Below, piece after piece: positions 16,683 to 24,682 of a stretch of DNA of 32,000 nucleotides. The stretch is from Patescibacteria group bacterium (GTDB taxonomy: Bacteria > Patescibacteriota > Patescibacteriia > 2-01-FULL-39-33): assembly GCA_041649575.1 (NCBI GenBank), contig JBAZMW010000003.1, positions 60,001 to 92,000 on the forward strand, given 5' to 3'. Position numbers and translations under genes: made by a program. Each line of letters starts with the position of its first letter. Position 1 is the stretch's first letter. The notes under the pieces are model-generated. The model made no database searches. It had not been told where the DNA came from and saw only the letters and a program-made list of their open reading frames with translations.

Positions 16683-17411
16683 CTACTTACCGAGCTTCTC
16701 CACCCCCAGGAGCACGAAGCCGATCATGCCGTCGCCACCCTCGCCCCAGTCGCGGCAGCGGAGCCCGACGCCGCCGAAGCCGCCAGCAATGAGACGACTG
16801 CCGTCGCGCAAGGTGTCAGACGCCATGTAGAGACGATTCAGCGGTACACGTTCGCCCGTACGCTTGAAATGCGCGAGGATAAGAGCGAACTGAAGCTGAA
16901 TCGAGCCGAATGTTGTGGCGTGATTACCGGGCAATTCGTAGCGCTGTTTGAGTTCGGCGCGGTGCTTTTCCATCGCTTTGATGTTCTTACCCGTGCTGTT
17001 TTCTGCCAGGCGAGGAATCCAGAACACCAAGCAATCGTCGGTGGGGTTGTCGTTGAAATTCCAGCTCTGGAGGTAGCCGAGATTCTCGTAGCAAGGACCG
17101 ACAATCGGGGCGTGCTTCTTCAACGTGAAGCCCTGCTTGATAAGCCATACAACAGGCCCCGTGTAGCCCATCAGAGCCGCCAGTTTACGCCAGGGGGCGA
17201 GACGGTCTGTGAACTGTGGGAACTGCTCCAGCATCTTACTATCGGATAAGGGAATGGCGAAAGTATTCGCGATTTCTTCTTGCACGAGTGCGGCGAGGAA
17301 CTCTTTCACCTTTCCTGGCTTATCGGCAAAAACCGACATCTCTTCATCGCTGAGGCCATTAAGTGTGGCCAATACCGATACTGCACTTGCCTTACGGTCT
17401 GTCGTCTTCAT
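16683..17411 (-). CDS. DGR target protein with C-terminal variable region (C-type-lectin-like VR pattern ...NxGF...)
   Basis: 242-aa ORF. Its last roughly 40 aa (TLRDGSRLIAGGFGGVGLRCRDWGEGGDGMIGFVLL) are encoded by the VR. No signal peptide is evident. The gene is G+C-rich and has its own consensus promoter. Confidence 0.85.
   Translation of the reverse strand: MKTTDRKASAVSVLATLNGLSDEEMSVFADKPGKVKEFLAALVQEEIANTFAIPLSDSKMLEQFPQFTDRLAPWRKLAALMGYTGPVVWLIKQGFTLKKHAPIVGPCYENLGYLQSWNFNDNPTDDCLVFWIPRLAENSTGKNIKAMEKHRAELKQRYELPGNHATTFGSIQLQFALILAHFKRTGERVPLNRLYMASDTLRDGSRLIAGGFGGVGLRCRDWGEGGDGMIGFVLLGVEKLGK
16707..16814 (-). repeat. DGR variable repeat (VR)
   Basis: Counterpart of the TR. At 20 of the 29 TR adenines it carries G, C or T. 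The 3'-terminal 16 nt (cggcttcgtgctcctg) are A-free and identical in both copies. Confidence 0.85.
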
Positions 17412-17613
17412 AACTTGCCTTTCTGCCTACCTGAGGCAGTATTCCCAACCACCATGGCCGAGAAAAAGATGGGGCATTCAGTGGTCCCAACTTTCTTTCT
17501 GCATAATTTACCCTGTAGGAATAGGCACTCAAATTCCACAGGGTTTATCTTAAATTAAACAAAAAGAAAGCTGGAACCTAAAACTTATCAATATATTAAT
17601 GAACTAATAATAT

Positions 17614-17642
17614 ATTATACGGCATATGACAAAATTTGTCAA
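17614..17642 (-). promoter_or_regulatory. Consensus promoter of the DGR target gene with a palindrome over the -35
   Basis: On the minus strand: TTGACA (17642-17637), a 17-nt spacer, then TATAAT (17619-17614). A 7-1-7 palindrome TGACAAA-T-TTTGTCA (17627-17641) overlaps the -35 and the spacer. Confidence 0.55.
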
Positions 17643-17668
17643 TCAAATAACTATCCTTAATAAATATT

Positions 17669-17750
17669 TGGGCCGGGAGGGATTCGAACCCCCGAAGGCA
17701 AAGCCAAGAGATTTACAGTCTCCCCCATTTGACCGCTTTGGTACCGACCC
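17669..17750 (-). tRNA. tRNA-Tyr (anticodon GUA), long variable arm, no encoded CCA
   Basis: GGGTCGG...GGAGA-CTGTAAA-TCTCT, variable arm TGGCTTTGCCTTCG, T arm GGGGG-TTCGAAT-CCCTC, acceptor CCGGCCC-A. 82 nt. Confidence 0.9.
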
Positions 17751-17769
17751 ATACTAACTGTTATACTTG

Positions 17770-17842
17770 AGCCGTTGATCGGATTTGAACCGATGACCTA
17801 CTCCTTACCATGGAGTTGCTCTACCAACTGAGCTACAACGGC
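17770..17842 (-). tRNA. tRNA-Thr (anticodon GGU), no encoded CCA
   Basis: GCCGTTG TA GCTC AGTTGGTA GAGC A ACTCC ATGGTAA GGAGT AGGTC ATCGG TTCAAAT CCGAT CAACGGC T. 73 nt. Confidence 0.9.
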
Positions 17843-17962
17843 ATATAGATTGTTTTGATTAATTACAGCTTACAATCAGACTGGATCCAACTGAGCTATC
17901 CGCCTCGGCTCGCCTTGCTCGCCAAGGCGAGACGGGCAACGGCTTATAGATTGTTTTTGATT
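17836..17962 (-). repeat. 25/26-nt direct repeat (tRNA-Thr first 7 nt plus upstream flank) bracketing a 76-bp G+C-rich hairpin / tRNA-like remnant
   Basis: caacggcatatagattgttttgatt (17836-17860) matches caacggcttatagattgtttttgatt (17937-17962). The insert holds a 9-bp hairpin ctcgccttg-gcgag-caaggcgag and the D-arm-like GGCGGATAGCTCAGTTGGAT (minus strand). Confidence 0.6.
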
Positions 17963-17988
17963 TAAGTTTTTTTATTCTAACAAATAAT

Positions 17989-18852
17989 TCACATTTTTTC
18001 AATAGCTTCTCTAAAATCATCTAATTTGCCGTTTTCCGAATTAATCTCGCTAAGCCGGTTGAAAGTCTTCTTGGCCAAGCTCTTCTCCCCCAACTTGATA
18101 CTTAACTCTATTAATTTATCGAGATATTTGGGGTTGTTGGGCACAATGGAAGCCGCTTTCAGATAACAATCCAATGCCTTGTCTGCTTTATCCATTATTT
18201 CATAAATTTGCCCCAAGTCATCATAATAAACAGCCAGTTGCGGTTCAATGTCTAAAGAACTCAAAAAATCCGTTTCTAATTCTTCGAGACGCTCTCCCTT
18301 GACCGCCACCGCCTGATTGAATTTTTTGTTGGCCAAGCTTAATTTCAAAAGATACTGGTAAATTTCTTCGGCTTGATTATAATCTTTACGGTAAAAATAT
18401 AACTTGCCCAACAGCTCATAGGCCTCTTTGTTCTTTTTGTCCTTGGCAATGACTTCTATCAGCCTCTTTTCGGCCAAAGAAAAATCCTCCTCGGCGACCA
18501 ATTCTTTGGCTTCGGCAATCAACTCATCGGTTGTAGGAATCTTGATCGGCTCACTGCTTTCTTTAGCCTGGTATTTATGCTCCAAATTGGAAACCCAGGC
18601 TTTTAACTTTTTGAATTGCTCGGCAGCCCTCTGTCCGCGCCCGGAAAAAACACTTCTGATCCTGATCGCCGCCTTGCTGCTATTTCTAAAAAATTTGGCC
18701 TGTAGAATCTTGGCCTTGGCCGAAGCTTGTTTTTCTTCTTTCAGGGAGTTAATATTGATATTTCTCAAGTCGGGCAGATGTTTAAATAATAAATAAAACA
18801 AGCCGGCCAAACTGGCGACGATAATAACGATTAAAATAATTACCAATAACAT
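17989..18852 (-). CDS. Membrane-anchored TPR-repeat protein
   Basis: N-terminal hydrophobic helix (MLLVIILIVIIVASLAGLFYLLF) followed by TPR-like repeats (AYELLGKLYFYRKDYNQAEEIYQYLLKL, YYDDLGQIYEIMDKADKALDCYLKA). Confidence 0.75.
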   Translation of the reverse strand: MLLVIILIVIIVASLAGLFYLLFKHLPDLRNININSLKEEKQASAKAKILQAKFFRNSSKAAIRIRSVFSGRGQRAAEQFKKLKAWVSNLEHKYQAKESSEPIKIPTTDELIAEAKELVAEEDFSLAEKRLIEVIAKDKKNKEAYELLGKLYFYRKDYNQAEEIYQYLLKLSLANKKFNQAVAVKGERLEELETDFLSSLDIEPQLAVYYDDLGQIYEIMDKADKALDCYLKAASIVPNNPKYLDKLIELSIKLGEKSLAKKTFNRLSEINSENGKLDDFREAIEKM

Positions 18853-18863
18853 TTCTTGAGTGA

Positions 18864-19730
18864 TTAATTGCCGCTACCAAAAATTTCAATCTTGGCTATA
18901 ACGTCGTCTCTTACCGCCTCGATGGAAGGAGCTAAGATTCTGCGCGGGTCATAAAACTTTTCAAATTCCTTGGCGGCAATGGTTTTTTTCAGGGTTTGCG
19001 TGAAAGCTAGGCGTAAAGTAGTATCGATGTTAATAATCCTTACGCCATTTTTTATTGCCTGCCTGATGTCGTCGGGGTTGGTGCCCGAAGCGCCGTGCAG
19101 TACCAGTGGTAATTCGACTTCTTTATTAATTTTTACCAACCTCTTTAAATCAATTATTTCCTTGCCCTCAAAAGCGCCGTGCATGGTGCCGACAGAAACC
19201 GCCAAAGTGTCAATCCCTGTCCTGGCCACAAATTCTTTCACCCGACTGGGATCGGTCATAAATTTATTGGGGTCTTTGGGCAGCTCCACTTCAGTCATGC
19301 CTTCTTTGCCAAAAATAGTCCCCAGCTCTCCCTGCGCCCAAGCGCCGAAACGATGAGCATAATCGACCGACTGCTTGGTAATGGTAATATTTTCTTCAAA
19401 GGGCAGGTCGGAGGCATCGATGTGAATGGAAGAAAACCCGGCCCTGATGCATTCTACCACCGAACGAAAACTTTTACCGTGATCCAAATGCAAAGCCACC
19501 GGAATCTCCCGGCCTTCATTGTTGGCAACCGATTCGATTAGGCTGACTATGGTCTTTAAGCCGGCATAATTAATGGTGGACTCGGAAACTTGAACAATCA
19601 TTGGCGATTTTTTGGCCAAAGCGCCACGAAAAATTCCCAAAGTCATCTCCAGATTGGAAGTGTTAAAAGCGCCCAAAGCAAACTCTCCGGCTATGGCCTT
19701 TTTTACTATCTCCTTAATGTGAATAAGCAT
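18864..19730 (-). CDS. fba: Class II fructose-bisphosphate aldolase
   Basis: GAFNTSNLE, PVALHLDHG, SIHIDAS and LVLHGASG are motifs of the class II FBA/tagatose-bisphosphate aldolase family. Confidence 0.9.
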   Translation of the reverse strand: MLIHIKEIVKKAIAGEFALGAFNTSNLEMTLGIFRGALAKKSPMIVQVSESTINYAGLKTIVSLIESVANNEGREIPVALHLDHGKSFRSVVECIRAGFSSIHIDASDLPFEENITITKQSVDYAHRFGAWAQGELGTIFGKEGMTEVELPKDPNKFMTDPSRVKEFVARTGIDTLAVSVGTMHGAFEGKEIIDLKRLVKINKEVELPLVLHGASGTNPDDIRQAIKNGVRIINIDTTLRLAFTQTLKKTIAAKEFEKFYDPRRILAPSIEAVRDDVIAKIEIFGSGN

Positions 19731-19739
19731 AAATTAAAA

Positions 19740-20549
19740 TTAAATTCTATAATTTTCCACTAATTTAATAAATTCTTCGGCGCTTAAACTGGCCTGGCCG
19801 ACCAAAAAGCCCTCTACTAATTCTTGGCTGGAAAAATCGCCAAGCAAATCGGCCTCCATACTGCCGCCATAGATCAGCCTAATATTATTGTTGATTATTG
19901 TCAACGGGAATAAATCTCTTAGGGACTGCTTGATTATGCTCAAAACCTCCCCAGTTTCTTCGGCGGTAGCGTGCGGTCCCGGGCTGATAGCCCAAACCGG
20001 CTCATAAGCGATCACCAGTTTTTCCTGCTCGACTAAATCAACTCCCGCCAGCGCTCTGGTCAGCTGCCGCAAAATTTTGTTGCCAGTTGATCCCTCTTGC
20101 CGTTCACTAAGATTCTCGCCGACGCAAAGAACGGGTGTGAGGCCATTATCCAGACAAGCTAAAACTTTTTTATTAATCATCTCGTCCGTTTCGCCCAAAT
20201 TTTGTCTTCTCTCGGAATGACCAACAATCACGTATTGGCAACCCAAATCTTTTAAATACACTGGCGAAATTTCTCCCGTAAAAGACCCGGCCGTCTCCCA
20301 AAAAACATCTTGGGCGCCCAAAACTAAATTAGTGCCTTTCAGTATTTCTCCTACCGGAAACAAGCTGGTAAAAGCCGGGCAAATGACCACTTCTTTTTCG
20401 GTCGGCATGTCTTTCAGTCGTTGTTTTAAATTTTGAGCCAATTCCAGCGACTCGCTGGAAGCTAAATTCATTTTCCAGTTGGCGATAAAAATCGGCTTTT
20501 TCGGCAAAACCGGAATCGAGGTTTCTTTTGGTTGTTGATTAAAAAACAT
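19740..20549 (-). CDS. tpiA: Triosephosphate isomerase
   Basis: Contains ANWKMN, VGHSERR, YEPVWAI and YGGS motifs. Confidence 0.9.
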   Translation of the reverse strand: MFFNQQPKETSIPVLPKKPIFIANWKMNLASSESLELAQNLKQRLKDMPTEKEVVICPAFTSLFPVGEILKGTNLVLGAQDVFWETAGSFTGEISPVYLKDLGCQYVIVGHSERRQNLGETDEMINKKVLACLDNGLTPVLCVGENLSERQEGSTGNKILRQLTRALAGVDLVEQEKLVIAYEPVWAISPGPHATAEETGEVLSIIKQSLRDLFPLTIINNNIRLIYGGSMEADLLGDFSSQELVEGFLVGQASLSAEEFIKLVENYRI

Positions 20550-20558
20550 TGGCAGATT

Positions 20559-21479
20559 TTACCATTGATAATTATTAAAAGCCCAATAAGCCAAACTTTT
20601 GGTGTCGGTAAAGCGGCTGGTAATAGTGGGGCTGCCCAAAACAGCGACCAAAACTTGACGATTTCTTTCATCGGCCACCTGACTGACAAAACAATAACCC
20701 GCTTGTTCCAAGTAACCGGTTTTACCAGCTTCGATTTTATAACGACCGTCGCCCAAGCCAAAATCTTGGCCCAATATTTTATCAGTGTTTTGCACTTTCC
20801 TGATAACGCCTTTATCGCCAACGGCAAAACTGTATTCCTTTAGGGCGGTGGCGCGCTTAATTTCCGGCTGGATAAAGGCGGCTCGGGCCAGTTTGATTAC
20901 ATCCAGGGCGCTGGCCTTATTCTTATTGTCGAGGCCGCTGGGGTCTGTAAAATTTGCCTCGGTCATCTTTAGTTCTTTGGCTTTTAAATTCATCGCCCTA
21001 GTAAATTCTTCCGCCGACAAGCCGGTAGAACGAGCCAGGGCCAAAGCTCCCTCGTTGGAAGAAGCCACTAAGGTGGAGTAAAACAGATCTTTGACTTTAA
21101 TCTTTTCGCCGGCAAAAAAATAGTTAATACCGCCGTCACGATAATCGGTTTCCGAAATCGTCACCTCTTTTTCCCAGCCGGGATTATGCTCAAGAAAAAC
21201 CAAAGCCGTCATCAACTTGGTAATACTGGCGATGGAACGAGCGGTTTGCGAACCAGATTCAAAAAGAATTTTGCCGGTAGTGGGCTCCACCACCACAAAA
21301 TTTCGCGCGCTGATTTTGACCCCCAGACTTTGGCTGGAAAAGTCACGTTGCGGCAAAACACTGGCCAGAGGTTTGTTGTCGGCAGCAGGCAAACGATTGT
21401 CGCCGGTAGGTAGTGGCGCGGCTACTTGCGCCTGAAAAAACAAACTGGCTAAAAGTAAATTAACAACCAACTCCCACAT
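20559..21479 (-). CDS. Serine-type D-Ala-D-Ala carboxypeptidase (peptidase S11, PBP5-like)
   Basis: N-terminal signal-like segment, SxxK (ASITKLM), SxN (SSNEGA) and KTG (GKTGYL). Confidence 0.85.
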   Translation of the reverse strand: MWELVVNLLLASLFFQAQVAAPLPTGDNRLPAADNKPLASVLPQRDFSSQSLGVKISARNFVVVEPTTGKILFESGSQTARSIASITKLMTALVFLEHNPGWEKEVTISETDYRDGGINYFFAGEKIKVKDLFYSTLVASSNEGALALARSTGLSAEEFTRAMNLKAKELKMTEANFTDPSGLDNKNKASALDVIKLARAAFIQPEIKRATALKEYSFAVGDKGVIRKVQNTDKILGQDFGLGDGRYKIEAGKTGYLEQAGYCFVSQVADERNRQVLVAVLGSPTITSRFTDTKSLAYWAFNNYQW

Positions 21480-21507
21480 TGTTTTAAAAATTTATTTATC
21501 TCAAAGC

Positions 21508-22053
21508 TTAACCGTTATTTTCTAGGCCGGTTAGCAATTTTCCTAAGTTATTATTACGATTTAGCTGCTCATAATCGGGCAACTCCTCCACTTTATTCAA
21601 ACCCAGATAGCTCAAAAAATTAAAAGTGATGCTATAGAGCGTGCCGCGACGGCTGTCTTCCTGGCTCTCTACCAATCCTCGCATCAATAAATTCCTTAAA
21701 ATCAAGCTGCAATTAATGCCACGAATCATTTCCAGTTCTGCTTTAGAAATCGGGCCGCGGTAAGCGACGATAGTCAGGGTTTCCAAAGACGGCCTGGTCA
21801 ATTCGCCAGTCAGCTCGCTTTTGACAAATTTTTTGACCACCTCACTGGAATCGCCGGCAGTCACCATCTGATATTTATCACCTAAAACCGATATTTTTAT
21901 GCCCCCTTGCCGCTTTTCATATTCCTGGTTCAGTTCGTTTAAAGCCGACCTGGTTTCTTCCGGGTCAGTCGCCACGAGCTTGGCCAGCTCCTTGACGCTT
22001 AGGGACTTGGCGGCGATAAACAGCAGGCTTTCGAGTTGGTTTTTTATTTTCAT
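21508..22053 (-). CDS. scpB: Segregation and condensation protein B
   Basis: 181 aa with the LESLLFIAAKSLSVKELAKL winged-helix pattern. It overlaps scpA by 4 nt. Confidence 0.85.
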   Translation of the reverse strand: MKIKNQLESLLFIAAKSLSVKELAKLVATDPEETRSALNELNQEYEKRQGGIKISVLGDKYQMVTAGDSSEVVKKFVKSELTGELTRPSLETLTIVAYRGPISKAELEMIRGINCSLILRNLLMRGLVESQEDSRRGTLYSITFNFLSYLGLNKVEELPDYEQLNRNNNLGKLLTGLENNG

Positions 22054-22748
22054 AAATTAATTCCTTCTATAATTATCTCATCAAAAACGCCTTTTTGTTT
22101 CACAGCCACTTCGCCGTTTTTTATCAACTCTAGAAGCGCAATAAAACAAATAACCGCCTCGGCGCGAGAACTGACTTTGGTCAAAATTTCCTGGAAATTA
22201 ATTTTTTTGATCCGCGCCAAGGAATTTTTGATGTTGGCTACCATTTCTCTAAGGGTCACCGTTCGTTCCAATACTTTTTGCGGCAGATTGACCACGTAGC
22301 TGATACGATTCAAAATCTCGTTAAAAACAGTGGTCAAATCCGCCAGCTTAAGCCGCGCCGGCGGGCTAAAAGTCGGCTCCGGCGACTCGGCAATCTTCTC
22401 TCTAAAAAAAGAAAAACGCTGCCGACTCAAGATGGCTTCGATGTTTTTCGAAGCCGCCAAATAATCCTTATAAATTTTTAATTGGGCTTCAAGCTGCTCG
22501 GCGCTATCTTCTTCGTCATCCGCCACCTCCGGCAAAAGCGTTTTTGATTTGATCACTAGCAGCTTGGTGGCTACCACCAAAAAATCCGCCAGTTCCAGGG
22601 CGCTAATGTCATTATTATCTAAATAGTAAAGATACTGATCGGTGACTTCGGCCAAAGCGACCTGGGAGATATCCAGTTTTTGGTCCTCGATAAGCCCCAA
22701 CAATAAATCCAAAGGGCCGCTGAATTGTTCAAGCTCGATTTGATACAT
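22050..22748 (-). CDS. scpA: Segregation and condensation protein A
   Basis: The N-terminus FSGPLDLLLGLIEDQKLDISQVALAEVTDQYLYYL is typical of ScpA. Confidence 0.85.
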   Translation of the reverse strand: MYQIELEQFSGPLDLLLGLIEDQKLDISQVALAEVTDQYLYYLDNNDISALELADFLVVATKLLVIKSKTLLPEVADDEEDSAEQLEAQLKIYKDYLAASKNIEAILSRQRFSFFREKIAESPEPTFSPPARLKLADLTTVFNEILNRISYVVNLPQKVLERTVTLREMVANIKNSLARIKKINFQEILTKVSSRAEAVICFIALLELIKNGEVAVKQKGVFDEIIIEGINL

Positions 22749-22798
22749 TAAATAAAATTTTCAAGTAATTCTTAAAGTTCCGGTTTTAGAATTAAAAA

Positions 22799-23395
22799 TT
22801 ATTTATTTCTTCTCTTGGTCGATTTTTTCTTGGCAATTTTTTTGGCTGCCTTTCTGACTGGTTTTTTCTTGGCTATCTTGGCTTTTATTTTCTTCATTTG
22901 CTTTTCAACTTTCTTGGGAATTTTATAACCGCCCTTCATGGCGATGTCGGCCAACTTGGCTTCTTCCAGCTGGACAAAATCTCTGACTTTCATTAAGACG
23001 CTGTCGGTGAAACTACCGGTAGAAAAAACGGCTTTTTTGGTTTTGAGCATGGCTTTGTCAACCAGAGTCTCAAGTTGGTGCAATTTACCGAAAGAAGAAA
23101 TCGCACCCGGCTTGATTTTCAGAATTTTGACCATGATTTGCTCTTTGGGAATAGAAACCTTTTTTACTCTTAGAGCCTTCTTTAATTTATTAAGATCGAT
23201 CTTTTTGTCCGCCGGAACAATCACCAAGACAAAAGTTTTATCGGCCTGAATTAATAAATTTTTGGCAATTTCTTTAAGCTCTTTTTTGAGCGTTTGAGCG
23301 GCATCATAGGCGGTAAAAACCGTCTTATGAGCCACCTCCTCGTAGTCGATACCGGTTTTGTCTAAATAACTTTTGATTTTTTGAGGGATAGACAT
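22799..23395 (-). CDS. YbaK/EbsC-like aminoacyl-tRNA deacylase domain protein with a Lys-rich C-terminal tail
   Basis: The first roughly 155 aa resemble the YbaK/ProX editing-domain pattern (EEVAHKTVFTAYDAAQ...KNLLIQADKTFVLVIVPADKKIDLNKLKKAL...PGAISSFG). The tail is KKVEKQMKKIKAKIAKKKPVRKAAKKIAKKKSTKRRNK. Confidence 0.6.
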   Translation of the reverse strand: MSIPQKIKSYLDKTGIDYEEVAHKTVFTAYDAAQTLKKELKEIAKNLLIQADKTFVLVIVPADKKIDLNKLKKALRVKKVSIPKEQIMVKILKIKPGAISSFGKLHQLETLVDKAMLKTKKAVFSTGSFTDSVLMKVRDFVQLEEAKLADIAMKGGYKIPKKVEKQMKKIKAKIAKKKPVRKAAKKIAKKKSTKRRNK

Positions 23396-23418
23396 ATGAT
23401 TTTTTGGTTAATTATTTT

Positions 23419-24348
23419 TTATCTGGGCACAATCGCGCCTGGCTCCCCAACTTGCAAGTTACCACCGCTTAATTTGACATTAAAACACTGATAACCGGCG
23501 CCGTGGCTGTACCATTCTTTGCCGGGAACCGGTTCGTTGGGATTGTTTGAAGCTAGAGAAAAAGTGGCGCACAGGGCATATTCGCCATCGCCAAAAACTT
23601 GATAGTCGTAGGGCTTCTTGGTTTCGGGGTCGGCCAAGGTTATATTGGCGGCGGCCAAATCACTGGGCAATTTTTTGTCTTTGATATAATAAGAGGCTAG
23701 TTGAGAACTGACAGAAGTCAAATCACTGGCTCTTTGTAAATCAAGGCTCCTCTCTCTGCTCTTTTGGGGAGAATCGATTATAAAAAAGCTGCCCAAAACC
23801 GAGGCTAAGGCGACGATAATGATCGCCACCAGAAAAGCAACCGAGACGGCACTTTTATAATTATAACTTTTTCTTTTCAGGTCATAAAAATAATAACCGA
23901 AAATACCGCCGGCGATCAGCAGAATAACAATAATCTTCAAAAAAACACTCAAGGTGTAATCTCCGTCCAGTAGCCGGAAAACCACGGCAATCAAATCACC
24001 GATGAGCACGAGCGCGGAAACAAAAAGCATCAAATAAGTCAGCCAGCGATAGATGCCGCTGGTATGGTTGAGCTCTTCTTTGCGATATTTTTTATGAAGC
24101 AAGCTGATGACCGCCAAAAAAACCGGAGTAATAATCAAGGTTGAGGCGACATTGAACTTGAGGGCGGTTTGGGAAAAGTTGCTGACGCTGGAAAAGAGCA
24201 GGTTGGGCGAAAAAAACTTATTGATGATCTGAAATAAAACCCCGCCAAGAGAAAGCGACATCCAGCCCAAGGTAACCAGACTTAGCAAATTAAGAAAAGC
24301 GTCTAAAGCGCCTTTTTCTTTGTATAAATTTTGATTGTTGCCTTCCAT
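23419..24348 (-). CDS. Multi-pass membrane protein (DUF5671-like N-terminal domain) with an extracytoplasmic C-terminal domain
   Basis: About six hydrophobic helices followed by a soluble roughly 110-aa tail. The DUF5671 call is recalled from the pattern GALDAFLNLLSLVTLGWMSLSLGGVLFQIINKFF. Confidence 0.55.
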   Translation of the reverse strand: MEGNNQNLYKEKGALDAFLNLLSLVTLGWMSLSLGGVLFQIINKFFSPNLLFSSVSNFSQTALKFNVASTLIITPVFLAVISLLHKKYRKEELNHTSGIYRWLTYLMLFVSALVLIGDLIAVVFRLLDGDYTLSVFLKIIVILLIAGGIFGYYFYDLKRKSYNYKSAVSVAFLVAIIIVALASVLGSFFIIDSPQKSRERSLDLQRASDLTSVSSQLASYYIKDKKLPSDLAAANITLADPETKKPYDYQVFGDGEYALCATFSLASNNPNEPVPGKEWYSHGAGYQCFNVKLSGGNLQVGEPGAIVPR

Positions 24349-24356
24349 ATTTTTGA

Positions 24357-24677
24357 TTATTTATTATTTTTTAATTTGTTTTTGAGAGGTAATGCTTGCT
24401 GCTCACCCAGCAGTTTCTTGGCTGTCCTTAAACCGGCAGGAGTAAGAATCACTTCTTTGATAAACCATTTTTGGGCCGTCTTAATGCCCACTCCTTTTAT
24501 CAGCCCTCGGCCAATAAGCCGCTCTACACTTTTGGTAATGACGTTTTCTTGATCAATTTTTTTGGGCGGTTGCTTTTGCGACAAATAAAAATTATTCAAA
24601 ACCGTTTTAGAAACAGCGCGCTTCTTGCTCTCCAGCCCTTGACGCAAAACATATTTTTGCAACGAAGAGAGCGCCAT
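24357..24677 (-). CDS. Hypothetical small basic protein
   Basis: 106-aa ORF in the operon on the same strand. No recognisable motif. Confidence 0.5.
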   Translation of the reverse strand: MALSSLQKYVLRQGLESKKRAVSKTVLNNFYLSQKQPPKKIDQENVITKSVERLIGRGLIKGVGIKTAQKWFIKEVILTPAGLRTAKKLLGEQQALPLKNKLKNNK

Positions 24678-24682
24678 AATCT

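Noticed and set aside
15994-16830. Two + strand ORFs (15994-16266 and 16333-16830) have similar C-termini (...PAMRRLPSFKV / ...PAMRRLPSRKV), suggesting paralogous proteins.
   Set aside because: The similarity is simply the antisense translation of the DGR TR and VR repeats. The real coding strand of the VR is the minus strand.
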